Made by a program: the position numbers and the translations under genes. A stretch of DNA of 64,000 nt from a virus. The stretch spans positions 344-64,343 of the IMG/VR virus record IMGVR_UViG_3300011581_000001; one strand, given 5' to 3'. This document shows, piece after piece, positions 47,802 to 58,281 of this stretch (positions within the stretch are counted from its first letter, which is position 1; each line of letters begins with the position of its first letter). The notes under the pieces were generated by a model, which was not told the DNA's origin, ran no database searches, and saw nothing but the letters and a program-made list of their open reading frames with translations.

Positions 47802-48287
47802 TCAATATCGACGGAATATCGCCACTGACGCATCACTCGAAGCCTTATCGAAATAATACGTCTGCCCCTCGTACTTATTGAGGTTGTACTGCTTAAACAT
47901 CTTCGCAGCCGTGACGTCATAGCGCAGACTTACGAAATAGCCCGCTGCTTGCGCTTCACGGTTGTTACGCAAGGCTTCCGGCTTGACGATAGCGAACGCA
48001 TCTTCGACGGGATTATAGCCGATGATGACGCGAGTTTGCGTTTTAACGCCAAGCATACCGCCGAAAGCGCCTTTCAAGTAGAGGCGATTACGCTTGCCGA
48101 CGAAGATTTCCGGCATACCTTTCGTTGCTGGGAACGCAAAGCCTGCGAGCAAGGCGTCAATTTCGGGATTCGGTTGAGCATCCGGTGTTTCGGGCGTTTC
48201 ATCTACGGATTCTTCCGCAATGTGCTCGTCTATAATGGCGCGAAGTTCCGTTAAGCCACCCAGATTATCGTTATTATTTTCGGACAT
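47802..48287 (-). CDS. Hypothetical protein with its own sigmaA promoter (moron-like)
   Basis: GGAGG RBS; minus-strand TTGACT-N18-TATAAT with extended TG at 48349-48378. Confidence 0.75.
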   Translation of the reverse strand: MSENNNDNLGGLTELRAIIDEHIAEESVDETPETPDAQPNPEIDALLAGFAFPATKGMPEIFVGKRNRLYLKGAFGGMLGVKTQTRVIIGYNPVEDAFAIVKPEALRNNREAQAAGYFVSLRYDVTAAKMFKQYNLNKYEGQTYYFDKASSDASVAIFRRY

Positions 48288-48389
48288 GGTTATTACCTCC
48301 GTCTATGTACGTATTCTTATACGTTAAGTTTACGTTATTGTTACTCGAATTATACCACGCAGTTTTAACGCAAGTCAAAGGAAAAGGAG

Positions 48390-49637
48390 ATGTTTGTTAT
48401 CGGAAAAGTTAGTAGAGAGCGTTGGGAAGGCAACGTTAAATCAATGGAGATTATCGCAAAGCCTCACGATCAAGTTACGGAGTCAGACATCGAATTTTTA
48501 CGCAAGAATTACACGTCTGCAGGCGGATTATTACCGAACGCCTTCGCCGGCGGAGCGTTCTTTACGCCGACACACGTTGCTAAATTCGTATGGCAGACGT
48601 TATACAACCGATTGCCTTCGAATCCACGCGTCTTAGAGCCGTCAGTAGGTTCGGGCGTATTCCTAGAGCACGCACCATCTGACGCAGAAATAACGGCGCT
48701 AGAGCTCGACGAAACAAGCGCGAAAGTAACTTCACTGTTATATCCGCAAGCCGACATCGTTATGGGAGACGCTTTAACGCATGAACGACGCAATTACTAC
48801 GATTTAGTTATCGGAAATCCACCGTATGGCGTCGGATGCGAGTTCGAGCCGTTCGATGATGACGAATGGGTTAGCGGAAGCAAAGCGAAAGGTAAGCGAA
48901 AAGGAAAGTCGGAAGTATTATTCATCGAATTAGCGATTAAAGCAGCGAAGCCCGGCGGTTACATTGCGTTTGTATTGCCGAAGGGCCTTGCGTTCGCTAA
49001 CTACGCTGAAAAGCTACGCAAATACATGCACGAAACGTGCTGGCAAGTAGCGACGATATTCTTGCCGGGGGAAACGTTCGTACACGTTGGAACGACGATT
49101 GAAACACAAATTATTATTTTACGCAAAGCACCACCTGGCACTCCGCTTATTGACGTAGTAACACAGAGGTGGGGAAGCAATTTCCGTCGTAGTGATTACA
49201 ACGATATAACACAATTCGGCGCTAAATTCTTGCCGGGACAGCCTCCGTCATACTTCGCAAAAGTAACGGATATCGGCTGGGATAAGAAAGGCGTAATGAG
49301 GCCGAATGAGGACGGATTAACGCAATTAGACGAATTGCTCGAAGATTTCACGGACGGCGGTCTTATGCGCGAGAATCTTTATCCGCATTTACCGAGCTGG
49401 CATGGCGTTGATAAAGGTAATGAAGCGTTCTTTTTCTCGCATGGTAACGATTCGTGCGACGGTCATAGAGACGCTGCATCAACGTTTAGTTCCGGTCCAT
49501 ATCGATGGAACGAATTGACGCTAGGCGCCGGCAATGAGTTCGAATATAACGGCGTTGAGTATAGTTCGTGGGTTGACGATCAAGAGGCGCTGCAGAATCG
49601 AATTGTGGACGAATATTATGCGGAGGTGGGCGAATGA
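48390..49637 (+). CDS. Orphan amino (N6-adenine-type) DNA methyltransferase
   Basis: FFTP, LEPSVGSGVF, ELD, IGNPPY; no cognate restriction gene adjacent. Confidence 0.9.
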   Translation: MFVIGKVSRERWEGNVKSMEIIAKPHDQVTESDIEFLRKNYTSAGGLLPNAFAGGAFFTPTHVAKFVWQTLYNRLPSNPRVLEPSVGSGVFLEHAPSDAEITALELDETSAKVTSLLYPQADIVMGDALTHERRNYYDLVIGNPPYGVGCEFEPFDDDEWVSGSKAKGKRKGKSEVLFIELAIKAAKPGGYIAFVLPKGLAFANYAEKLRKYMHETCWQVATIFLPGETFVHVGTTIETQIIILRKAPPGTPLIDVVTQRWGSNFRRSDYNDITQFGAKFLPGQPPSYFAKVTDIGWDKKGVMRPNEDGLTQLDELLEDFTDGGLMRENLYPHLPSWHGVDKGNEAFFFSHGNDSCDGHRDAASTFSSGPYRWNELTLGAGNEFEYNGVEYSSWVDDQEALQNRIVDEYYAEVGE

Positions 49638-50296
49638 ATGATCGTCACTACTTACCATTCGAATTGCTAGAACGATATACTCCGAAAGTTCGAGCGAGCC
49701 TTATCCGGCGCTATCACGCATTATACACGCAAAAGTATAAATGGTTCGTGCGCCCTTTCCAGGAAATGTCGTTCTATTGTGACGGAGAACTACCGCAAAT
49801 AGACGGCGCCGAAATATTCGACTGCAATTGGATGCCCGACCGTTGGTATGATACACCGTACAAATACTTTTACAATCCGCACCAAAAGGCGTGGTATAAG
49901 TCGTATGCTCGCGAAGGCTTACCGCCACTAAGCGAATATGGCTACGGATATAACCGCGAAGATTACAAAGTGACGAAGAATGACGAGTTTTATTCGTACT
50001 CATTTCCGAGCGCTAACAACGGAGACAGTTTCGGCTACGTTTGGTGGTACGAATTAAACGAAAAAAGAACGCTAAAAGTCGTACTTGGCGGATTGCATAC
50101 GTTCGCATACGACGATGGGACGTTCTTTCAAGGTTCATTTAGCGAACTAGGCGATAAGAAACACGTAAAGAGCGTCGACAACAGTTCTGCTATGACGCTG
50201 ACTAAACGTATGAATGGACGCAAGTATAAAGGCGCATACGAGCCTCTAATAAACGAAATGATCCGTGTATTCGGATTAAATAGAACGCAAATTTAA
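49634..50296 (+). CDS. Hypothetical aromatic-rich protein
   Basis: ATGA overlap with the methyltransferase, GGAGG RBS. Confidence 0.7.
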   Translation: MNDRHYLPFELLERYTPKVRASLIRRYHALYTQKYKWFVRPFQEMSFYCDGELPQIDGAEIFDCNWMPDRWYDTPYKYFYNPHQKAWYKSYAREGLPPLSEYGYGYNREDYKVTKNDEFYSYSFPSANNGDSFGYVWWYELNEKRTLKVVLGGLHTFAYDDGTFFQGSFSELGDKKHVKSVDNSSAMTLTKRMNGRKYKGAYEPLINEMIRVFGLNRTQI

Positions 50297-50308
50297 GGAG
50301 GACACGAA

Positions 50309-50653
50309 ATGAAACAAAAATCAAAAGCACGCGCTATTTTATCAAATTTTCACGAACTAAAGGAACGCCGTTACAGCGGAGCTGCATTCGCAATAGACGC
50401 ATTTTTAGACTTCGAGCAAGCGGTAAAGGTCGCAAAACTAACGGATAAGCAGACGCAAGCTATCCAACTTCACTACTATAACGGCTTTAAGCAAACGAGA
50501 GTGGCAGAGATAATGGGCATCGAGAAGAATACCGTAAGCGAGTTACTATCCCGGGCTATCGAAGAGATTGACGAAGTATACGAGATGTGGGCGTGGAAAG
50601 ACGGAGAATTAAGCGCCGAGGACTTCATAGAAGAAGCGGAGGAAATTGCATGA
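50309..50653 (+). CDS. Sigma-70 region-4 HTH protein (candidate late activator)
   Basis: LT.KQ..AI.L.Y..G..Q..VAEIMGI...TVS..L.RA. Confidence 0.85.
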   Translation: MKQKSKARAILSNFHELKERRYSGAAFAIDAFLDFEQAVKVAKLTDKQTQAIQLHYYNGFKQTRVAEIMGIEKNTVSELLSRAIEEIDEVYEMWAWKDGELSAEDFIEEAEEIA

Positions 50654-51045
50654 TCGAAATGACTATTAACGTTCTTACGAACCAGGACGCACATAACGAA
50701 ATTACAACGCGATTTAAACGTTACAAACGTGAGAAAACCTCGCGACAAGAGCGCATGGACTTCGCACAAGAGCTAACCGACGATTATCTATATTTGCACG
50801 GAAAGATTCCGCCTACTATGGTATTGGATCGCCTAGCAACGCTTATCTTGCAAGATGAACTGGCGGACATGGACCGCATGAAAATGAGGAATAACGAATA
50901 TCCGCTATTAAGCGCTACACAACGAGAATATCGAGAGGAAGTAGAGCGGTCCTTAAAGGCGGCGCAGGATGTTGCGGTCGATGGTACGGATTACAGAGTA
51001 AAAACACGCGATAGCAACCGCAGAATGCGGGAAATTTACGGTTAA
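50650..51045 (+). CDS. Hypothetical protein coupled to the region-4 regulator
   Basis: ATGA overlap; LDRLA.LIL...L.D......EYP.LS..Q. Confidence 0.7.
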   Translation: MIEMTINVLTNQDAHNEITTRFKRYKREKTSRQERMDFAQELTDDYLYLHGKIPPTMVLDRLATLILQDELADMDRMKMRNNEYPLLSATQREYREEVERSLKAAQDVAVDGTDYRVKTRDSNRRMREIYG

Positions 51046-51272
51046 ATACGAACTTTCACCGCATTTTGTACCTATACATTATAGGAGGACATAAGAGGCG
51101 CGTAATATGACGTAAAGTCAACGCGTCCAGTCCGATATTTATACTAACAAACGCGAATTGCGAGTTTGGAGCGCAATATTTCTGCTTTTTCAGTTACTAT
51201 TCGCTCGGTAAACGCATGTGACGGGTATGTTCCGCACGCCGAGTCGTTTTAATTACGAGGAGGAAAGAGCGA

Positions 51273-52139
51273 ATGACTAAGCACGCAGATTTAACGCAAA
51301 GAGTACATCGAGCATTATCTGGAGCACCAATCGGAACTATCGAATATCATAGCGGAAATTACGGACGTGACGAACAAGGTCGCGTCTTTTATATTGAGTC
51401 CGTCGAGCAGCGAGAAACACGCCAACGTATCGGAAAGCAACGCAGTGAAGGGCGCAAGGAAAACTTCGTATTTAACGTTATGGAGAACTTGCCTTTCGTC
51501 GCAAGCACGCTAACTTCCGCACAATGCGGCTATTTGCTAGTCTTATCTACGTACATCACTTACGAGGGCTTAATCGTTAAGAGTGAACGTGATTTAACAC
51601 CTATGACGCAGATTGACATGCTAAAGGCGCTTTCTTTGCGTGAATCACAACGTAGCACTTTAACGGACTTCTTAACGGTCTGTATTGATTTCGGCATTAT
51701 CCGCAAGAAATCGGAAGGCTACTATATTGCTGACGGATTCCATACGAAGGGTACTCCGCCGAGTGATCGTGTAGTCCGCAGCTATATTACAAAGCTTCGC
51801 GAAATGGCTAGCGAGAATAAGCCGGAGCAAATCGGCTTTATTTATAAACTGCTGCCGTATATCCATAAAACGACGAATATGCTTTGCGATAATCCTAACG
51901 AATTGCATCCGTCAAAAGTACGCAAGCTGAACCGTAAAGAGTTGGCCGAGATTGCTGGCGTCAATGTTTCGTATGTCAGCCGAGCTACTACGACGATGAT
52001 TTATAACGGTAAATCCGTATTTGCGAAGATTACAACGCCGACAGATGGTACGTTTTACATGCTGAATCCTGCGATATTTAGACGCGCTGACCGTACAGAT
52101 TACGATGATACTACGAGGGGAATCTTCGGTATCGACTAA
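51273..52139 (+). CDS. RepL-like replication/HTH protein
   Basis: GFIYKLLPYI....N.LC.NP, ELAEI.G HTH, YMLNP.IF; followed by direct repeats. Confidence 0.6.
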   Translation: MTKHADLTQRVHRALSGAPIGTIEYHSGNYGRDEQGRVFYIESVEQRETRQRIGKQRSEGRKENFVFNVMENLPFVASTLTSAQCGYLLVLSTYITYEGLIVKSERDLTPMTQIDMLKALSLRESQRSTLTDFLTVCIDFGIIRKKSEGYYIADGFHTKGTPPSDRVVRSYITKLREMASENKPEQIGFIYKLLPYIHKTTNMLCDNPNELHPSKVRKLNRKELAEIAGVNVSYVSRATTTMIYNGKSVFAKITTPTDGTFYMLNPAIFRRADRTDYDDTTRGIFGID

Positions 52140-52192
52140 AAGTGTGCGCTGACTCGGACAAATATGGTCAAAAGTGTGCGCTGACTCGGACA
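52138..52192 (+). repeat. 23-bp perfect direct repeat AAAAGTGTGCGCTGACTCGGACA x2 (32-bp period)
   Basis: Copies at 52138-52160 and 52170-52192, followed by an AT-rich tract. Confidence 0.9.
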
Positions 52193-52497
52193 TGGAAAAA
52201 GTGGCAAGAACGTAGATGGCTGTAAGGCGTAAGGGCATTTTGATGGCTACGAGATATATATTATAAATAACGCTAATACAACGGTAAGGACGGGATCGGT
52301 GATTATAAGCACTTTATCGCAATGTTCTTATCGTTAATTTATGTTTTTAAATAATAGTTGTGGGAGGGCTTGCCCGAACCACCATATTTTTATGTTTAAT
52401 AAATAAAACATAGTCGTCGGCTGAAAACATGCCTCCGACAATATTTATACCGATAATAAACATTATAACGATGAACGCAGAAAGGAGAACGATATAA

Positions 52498-52866
52498 TTG
52501 GCGAAATTAAACGATAAGCAATACGCAGCTATTGCGATATTAAGTCAGCCGAAACGTGGCGGATTAACTTACGACCAGGTAGCGGAACAAGTCGGTATTA
52601 GTCGTAGACAACTGCAGGAATGGCGCAAGGATGACGTATTTAATGACGAACTAAAGCGTCAGATTATGCGAGATACTATCGATAGATTACCGGATGTAAT
52701 GGCGAGTATTCCGGATCATATTATTAATGACGGTAATGCAGCGATGTTTAGAACGCTATTGCAGGCGCAAGGTTTATTAACGGAGAAGGTCGAAGTAAAT
52801 ACGAAAGAGTCTGCGTCTGATATCGATTCGATTAAGGCGGAGATTGAACGGTTACGTGGGAAGTAG
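52498..52866 (+). CDS. HTH protein, probable terminase small subunit
   Basis: L..KQ..AI..L...TY.QVAE.VGISR..L..WR; upstream of the large terminase. Confidence 0.75.
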   Translation: MAKLNDKQYAAIAILSQPKRGGLTYDQVAEQVGISRRQLQEWRKDDVFNDELKRQIMRDTIDRLPDVMASIPDHIINDGNAAMFRTLLQAQGLLTEKVEVNTKESASDIDSIKAEIERLRGK

Positions 52867-53398
52867 CGTTTTATACTACGCTATTATATAGGAAGAAACT
52901 CATGACGGAGGTATAGCGTAAGGTTCCCGATAGTTCCCGACTAGGTACGGATATATCGGGCAGAGGCTCCGGATGTACGCGCACCTCAAACACTTTGAGC
53001 GTAGAAATAGGCGGATATGCTGCGGTAAATATACAGGATTTTATGCAGTATTATTGCGAAGATAAGACGAAGAATGGCGGTATATCAACGATGTATAAAA
53101 CGTTGCATAAAGGTTGTGTTGTATATATCGTTGCAAATGCCTTTATATCAACGTTTGTGAGTGATTTCGAATGTAACAAAAGATGATTGTGTTGCGTTTG
53201 ATATTCAACGTTATGCATCCGATCCCCCAAGCCCACCACCTGGAATATGGCTTTCAGACGGAATATAAATCGGCATATCAAAATTTCACTTTGGCTTTAG
53301 CGGAAGAAAGCGCAGCCTTTCCGCAACACAAAACGGACACTTATCGCAACTAAGCTGCTTTAAGCCTAGTATACGGTAAATGTCCCTCAGATGCCACG

Positions 53399-53944
53399 TT
53401 ATAAATTTACGAAGTCATATACGTTATCGATCGCCTCTTGCTCGATACCAATATAGCGGAGTGTCTCGCGTTGGCTACTGTGATTTAATATGCGCATTAA
53501 TAACGCCAGGTCAACGCCTTTTCCGTTATTGTACGCATGATAAGCGAAAGTCTTGCGCATTGTATGCGTCCCAAACGCAATCGTAAGGCCAGCTCGCTTA
53601 GCAGCATCGTTTAATATTCGCCATGCTTGCGTACGAGTAATCGGCTTGCTTTCGCCATTACCATCGGCTTTGCGACTCGAAAATAAATAACCGGAAGCTG
53701 GCGCCAATTCGTTAATGGCGCTTATTAGCGCTTGATTCAAATGAATCGTTTTCGTCTTGCCCGTTTTTTGCTCGCGTAATACGAGGTGATCGCCGTTGAA
53801 ATCTTCGCGCTTTAGCTTCAATATATCGCTAATGCGGAGATTCGTATTAATGCCGACGATAAACATCAGTAAATCGCGGCCATGCAAGCAGTCTTTCATG
53901 CGCTGAATATCGCGCTTATCTTTTATCGGTTGTACTTCGTTCAC
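53399..53944 (-). CDS. Small tyrosine recombinase (resolvase-like)
   Basis: LRISDIL, KTGK, HTMRKTF, LNHSS...T.RY; likely GTG start at 53944 with GGAGG RBS and TTGATA-N17-TACTAT promoter at 53985-54013. Confidence 0.92.
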   Translation of the reverse strand: MNEVQPIKDKRDIQRMKDCLHGRDLLMFIVGINTNLRISDILKLKREDFNGDHLVLREQKTGKTKTIHLNQALISAINELAPASGYLFSSRKADGNGESKPITRTQAWRILNDAAKRAGLTIAFGTHTMRKTFAYHAYNNGKGVDLALLMRILNHSSQRETLRYIGIEQEAIDNVYDFVNL

Positions 53945-54060
53945 ATCGATTACCTCCGTTATAAGTTCTCGTTCTGTTACATTCATAGTAACGCATAATT
54001 AACGCAATATCAAGTAAAAATTACCAATACATAAATTAATTTCGGAAAGGAGGCGCTACT

Positions 54061-55830
54061 ATGGCGTGGGTAAACGGAGAATGGCTAGACCGAACTAAAC
54101 GCGAAGCATTTATCGCAGTCTATCGTGAATATATCGATACAATCGACGCTAAATACTCGGATTTAGATGCCATAGCTAGCGCCGGACTTCTCGAAGATTA
54201 CTACGAACGATTAACGGAATTGAATCGATTAGAACGGATCCATCGCTGCGAGCTCGATACACTGGCGTTCGATATCGAATATTTCTCGGAAGCTAAAAAT
54301 CCTGGCAATCCCGGAAATTGGGACGGATTTACGATTAGCAAGCCGTCAGAATCGCCACAGTTTCACCGTGAGATTACCGACATATTAAACGTTGTATCTA
54401 CCGATAAGGTAAACGCTAAGATTGCAGTTGCAGCGCCCCGTTCGCACGCGAAATCGACGTATTTAACGAAAGGATTCCCGTTGCACCAGGTAGTTTATCG
54501 TAAGCGTAAGTACATTATTATCATATCGGAAACGCCGTCAGTATCCGGACCCAACCTCGAATGGCTGGCGACGCAATTAAAGCATAATGAAAAGTTAAGA
54601 GCGGACTTTGGACCGTTGCTTTCGCCTCGTCAGCAAGAGAACGATAAGGATAATAGTGCGGAGTTTATCGCATGGCAGCCGACAAAAGACGGAGGCAAAC
54701 GCCAATTAACGAAGGTTGAAGCGGCATCAACAGGCCAAGCACTTCGTGGACGTAACTGGCAAGGTGTGCGTCCGGATTTAATCGTCTGTGACGACTTGGA
54801 AGATGCGAAAACAAACGCAGCTACTCCGGAACAACGTGCTAAATTGCGAGATTGGTTCGCTTCGGTAGTAATGCCGTTAGGGGATCCGGCAGGAAAGAAA
54901 ACGGCCATCGTTTATATGGGAACGGCGGTCGCACTCGACTGTCTATTACTGAATATCCTCTATAAGCGTTCAGATTTCGAATCGAAAGTATATCGTGCAA
55001 TTATCGAACCTCCTACGCAAGAAGAATTATGGGAAAAATGCCGTGAAATCTACGTCGATTTCGATAATCCTAATCGAGCTGCAGACGCAGAAGCGTTTTA
55101 TCAAGCGAATAAAGACGCTATGGAGGACGGAGTAGTCGTTCTATGGAAAGAGTTTCAGCCGATATGGAAGCTAATGACTTGGAAGTGGAACAACGGTTCG
55201 AAAGCGTTCAATACCGAGTATATGAATAACCCGATTGACGAAGAATCTCGTATTTTCGCTCCGGAAGATTTCACGTATTGGGACGATATGGAACCGAATA
55301 AAACATTTAACCGCAGCGACTTCGTTATTACGATGGGTATAGATTTTGCAATGGGCAAGCAAAAAGGTGATTATAGCGCGATTGTAACGACAGCCACAGA
55401 ACGTAAGAGCGGAGTTAACTATATTATAGACGCTTATGGCGCTAGAATTACGCCTGATAAATTTATAGAAGTGATTTGCGGTAAAGTTCGAGAGTTTACT
55501 CCGGACTCAATCGCTGCAGAAGCGCAAATGGCTCAAGAGTTCTTCGTTGATGTATTAAAGGATCAATTATCTCACGAAGGATATCCGGCACACGCTAGAG
55601 TTAAAAAGATTAAACAACGCTCACGGAAGGAATTGCGTATAGAATCAATGCTACCCGATATTGAGAGCGGTAAAATTCGATTCAAACGAAGCCATTCGTT
55701 ACTAATCGAGCAGTTTGAACGTTATGGGCAAGGGGCACACGACGATTTGCCCGATGCTGCTGAAATGTCTATCCGAGTGGCTAAAAAGAACAACGTGTCC
55801 ATAACAAATAAACCGGATTGGATGTATTAA
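54061..55830 (+). CDS. Terminase large subunit
   Basis: APRSHAKST, RPDLIVCDDLED, FNTEYMNNP, GID.A, HDDLPDA. Confidence 0.95.
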   Translation: MAWVNGEWLDRTKREAFIAVYREYIDTIDAKYSDLDAIASAGLLEDYYERLTELNRLERIHRCELDTLAFDIEYFSEAKNPGNPGNWDGFTISKPSESPQFHREITDILNVVSTDKVNAKIAVAAPRSHAKSTYLTKGFPLHQVVYRKRKYIIIISETPSVSGPNLEWLATQLKHNEKLRADFGPLLSPRQQENDKDNSAEFIAWQPTKDGGKRQLTKVEAASTGQALRGRNWQGVRPDLIVCDDLEDAKTNAATPEQRAKLRDWFASVVMPLGDPAGKKTAIVYMGTAVALDCLLLNILYKRSDFESKVYRAIIEPPTQEELWEKCREIYVDFDNPNRAADAEAFYQANKDAMEDGVVVLWKEFQPIWKLMTWKWNNGSKAFNTEYMNNPIDEESRIFAPEDFTYWDDMEPNKTFNRSDFVITMGIDFAMGKQKGDYSAIVTTATERKSGVNYIIDAYGARITPDKFIEVICGKVREFTPDSIAAEAQMAQEFFVDVLKDQLSHEGYPAHARVKKIKQRSRKELRIESMLPDIESGKIRFKRSHSLLIEQFERYGQGAHDDLPDAAEMSIRVAKKNNVSITNKPDWMY

Positions 55831-55849
55831 TTGAAAGGAGGCGTTACCA

Positions 55850-57439
55850 ATCGGAATTTTTAGAAAAAGCGAGTCGGAATTGCAAGAAAGCGGGACAATT
55901 ACGCATACTGACCGACTAATTAAAGTTGGGGCACAATTCCCTCCTGCAAACGCAATTGAACGTATATCAAAATATCGAAGATTAAAAGGATTGTTCGATG
56001 GTAAGCAAGGCGAAATTTACGAACGAGCAACAGCACTATTGAAAGATACGCCACATGCCTCAAAGCTAGAAGCCTTGTATATCGCGTGTAACATTGCGGA
56101 CCCTATTATTACGAAGCCGGCCGACCTACTTGTAGGTGAACCACCAATTTTCGATAGTGGTTTAGCGGACGACACACCGCAGCAAGTAGCGATCAATAGT
56201 TACGTTGAAGAGAACGACTTGGTAAAGCTGATACACGAATCGGCGTTATCAAATGGCTATCGAGGAGATGCCTGGATAAAAGAGCGGTATGACTATCGTC
56301 AAGATTTTAGCGCGTTAGCGGAGATTGGTGCAGAGCGCCCCGAAGATGCTGTCATGGAGCCAATCATCGAACACGTAGCAGCTGATTGTGTATTCCCCGA
56401 AACTGTAAGCGGGAATGTTAAAAAGTTTAAAGCGGTAAATATCGCAACTGTTGAGTGGGTGGTAAGCGCTAAGACGGACACTCCGTACTTAAACGTCGAA
56501 CGCCATTTACCAGGATACATTGTATATGAACGATATCGATTGCAAACATTTGAAGGCGGTATCGATAGCTCTTATGGTTATCCGGTACAACTATTTAAAA
56601 TCATTGAACAAGTCGCTACTGGACGTGAAAATGACGTAGTTTCAACTGACGTTCCTAACTTGCTTGTACACCATATTCCGTACAAATCGGTTGATGACGA
56701 TTGGCAAGGAAAAGGCACGCTCGAATCATTAGAATCAATTTTAATTGCGATTAATGATCGACTAGTATCTATCGACTACATCTTAATGAAGCATAGTGAT
56801 CCGATTATGTACGGACCCGACCCATCAAGCGGAGGAAGCGTACGTGTCGGAGGTGGTGCGTATATTACAGTCGACAACGAGGATGCAAAGCCAGGCTATT
56901 TAACGTGGGACGGTAAGTTAGAGGGAGCATTTAAAGAACTCGAAACACTTATCGGAATGGCGTTCCAAATTGCAGAGACTCCGCAATGGTTATTCGGAAC
57001 GGTACTCGGCGACCAAAACGCCGGAGGAACGGGTACTTCGCATACAGACGGAGCCGCTATTAAAGCGCGTTTTCTTCCGATTCTGTCAAAGGTGAAGAGA
57101 ATTCGCGTACATTACGACCGTGCAATTAGGGACGCATTGTATAACTGTCAATTACTCGACATTGCCCACGGAGATAAATCGTTTGACCCCGTTTATCCTA
57201 CGATTACTTGGCGCGATGGACTGCCTGTTAACGAGAAAGAGCAAGCGGAAATTATGGCCATACGTTTAGGAAATAAACCGACGCTAGACGTGTTAACTGC
57301 GATTAAGCGTACTGACGGACTTGACGATATGCAGGCGCAAGAAATTATCGACCGTATCGACGCCGACACAGAACGTGAAGTCGGTACGGTTGATTCTACG
57401 ATATTTAACGCGGAGGCTTCCGAAGGGGCTGACGAATAA
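55850..57439 (+). CDS. Portal protein (SPP1 gp6-like)
   Basis: Follows terminase; ~530 aa; AAAGGAGG at 55834-55841 points to in-frame ATC at 55850 rather than TTG 55880. Confidence 0.88.
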   Translation: MGIFRKSESELQESGTITHTDRLIKVGAQFPPANAIERISKYRRLKGLFDGKQGEIYERATALLKDTPHASKLEALYIACNIADPIITKPADLLVGEPPIFDSGLADDTPQQVAINSYVEENDLVKLIHESALSNGYRGDAWIKERYDYRQDFSALAEIGAERPEDAVMEPIIEHVAADCVFPETVSGNVKKFKAVNIATVEWVVSAKTDTPYLNVERHLPGYIVYERYRLQTFEGGIDSSYGYPVQLFKIIEQVATGRENDVVSTDVPNLLVHHIPYKSVDDDWQGKGTLESLESILIAINDRLVSIDYILMKHSDPIMYGPDPSSGGSVRVGGGAYITVDNEDAKPGYLTWDGKLEGAFKELETLIGMAFQIAETPQWLFGTVLGDQNAGGTGTSHTDGAAIKARFLPILSKVKRIRVHYDRAIRDALYNCQLLDIAHGDKSFDPVYPTITWRDGLPVNEKEQAEIMAIRLGNKPTLDVLTAIKRTDGLDDMQAQEIIDRIDADTEREVGTVDSTIFNAEASEGADE

Positions 57440-58281
57440 TGCCCAATATTCCCGAAATAGACTTCACGCAGTCAACGGAGAATATCCGTAAGCAATTCGA
57501 AAAGGCGCTCAAGCAGATACAGAGCGCTTTGCGGTCGTTCTTATTAACGGAGGCGACTCGACAGGACTTGCTTGCTGCGGAGAAAGAAATAAAACGCATA
57601 TTATCCGACACTGACAAATATATCGATGAATGGTCGTACGAAGCGGCGGAATCTTCCGTTGAAGAGGCGATTGTCGCGTCATTATTAATGTTAGGAATCG
57701 CAAGTACCGTAGAAGAGGCGCTAGAGCAAACGAAATTAACGCGGAAACAAACGGCTTTACTCGATTACGCGGTTGAGTCTTTGCAAGCGGACTTAAAAGC
57801 GGTAACTGCGAACCTGGAACGACAAACGCGGACGGTCATTCGCAAGTCTTATACGGATTCAATTAAACGCACTGCAACTACGACTTCGCAAAGTAAAACG
57901 GAAATCAACCGAGCAGCAAAACAAATGTTAGCTGACGCTGATATTGCGATTGTCGATAAGGCGGGTAGGCGCTGGAAAACGACGACTTATATCGATATGC
58001 TCGCAAATACACGATTGATGGACTCGTATCGAGAGGCAGTAGCAACGGATGGGATAACTCGTGGAAATGGCCACGCTTATATATCATTCAATCCGAAAAC
58101 GACCGATCCATGTAAGGACCATCAGTATAAAATCGTAAAGCTAGCACCGGACATTGAATCGCCATATCCGTACTATCGCGATTTGAACCACATCTGGCAT
58201 CCGAACTGCCGTCATTACCTAATACCGATTACAAGTTTCGATGATTTACCGGCTAGAGTTCGTGCTAAAAACGGACTTTAA
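57439..58281 (+). CDS. Minor capsid / head morphogenesis protein
   Basis: DKAGRRW...Y..ML..T and HPNCRH motifs. Confidence 0.85.
   Translation: MPNIPEIDFTQSTENIRKQFEKALKQIQSALRSFLLTEATRQDLLAAEKEIKRILSDTDKYIDEWSYEAAESSVEEAIVASLLMLGIASTVEEALEQTKLTRKQTALLDYAVESLQADLKAVTANLERQTRTVIRKSYTDSIKRTATTTSQSKTEINRAAKQMLADADIAIVDKAGRRWKTTTYIDMLANTRLMDSYREAVATDGITRGNGHAYISFNPKTTDPCKDHQYKIVKLAPDIESPYPYYRDLNHIWHPNCRHYLIPITSFDDLPARVRAKNGL

Noticed and set aside
52138-52192. Direct repeats as a mini CRISPR array
   Set aside because: Only two copies with a 9-bp spacer
53033-53062. sigmaH-like promoter (ACAGGATTT...GAAG)
   Set aside because: -10 mismatched and no plausible downstream gene
53399-53944. Prophage integrase with att site
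   Set aside because: About 180 aa, catalytic domain only, located inside the packaging region with no host junction; fits a resolvase
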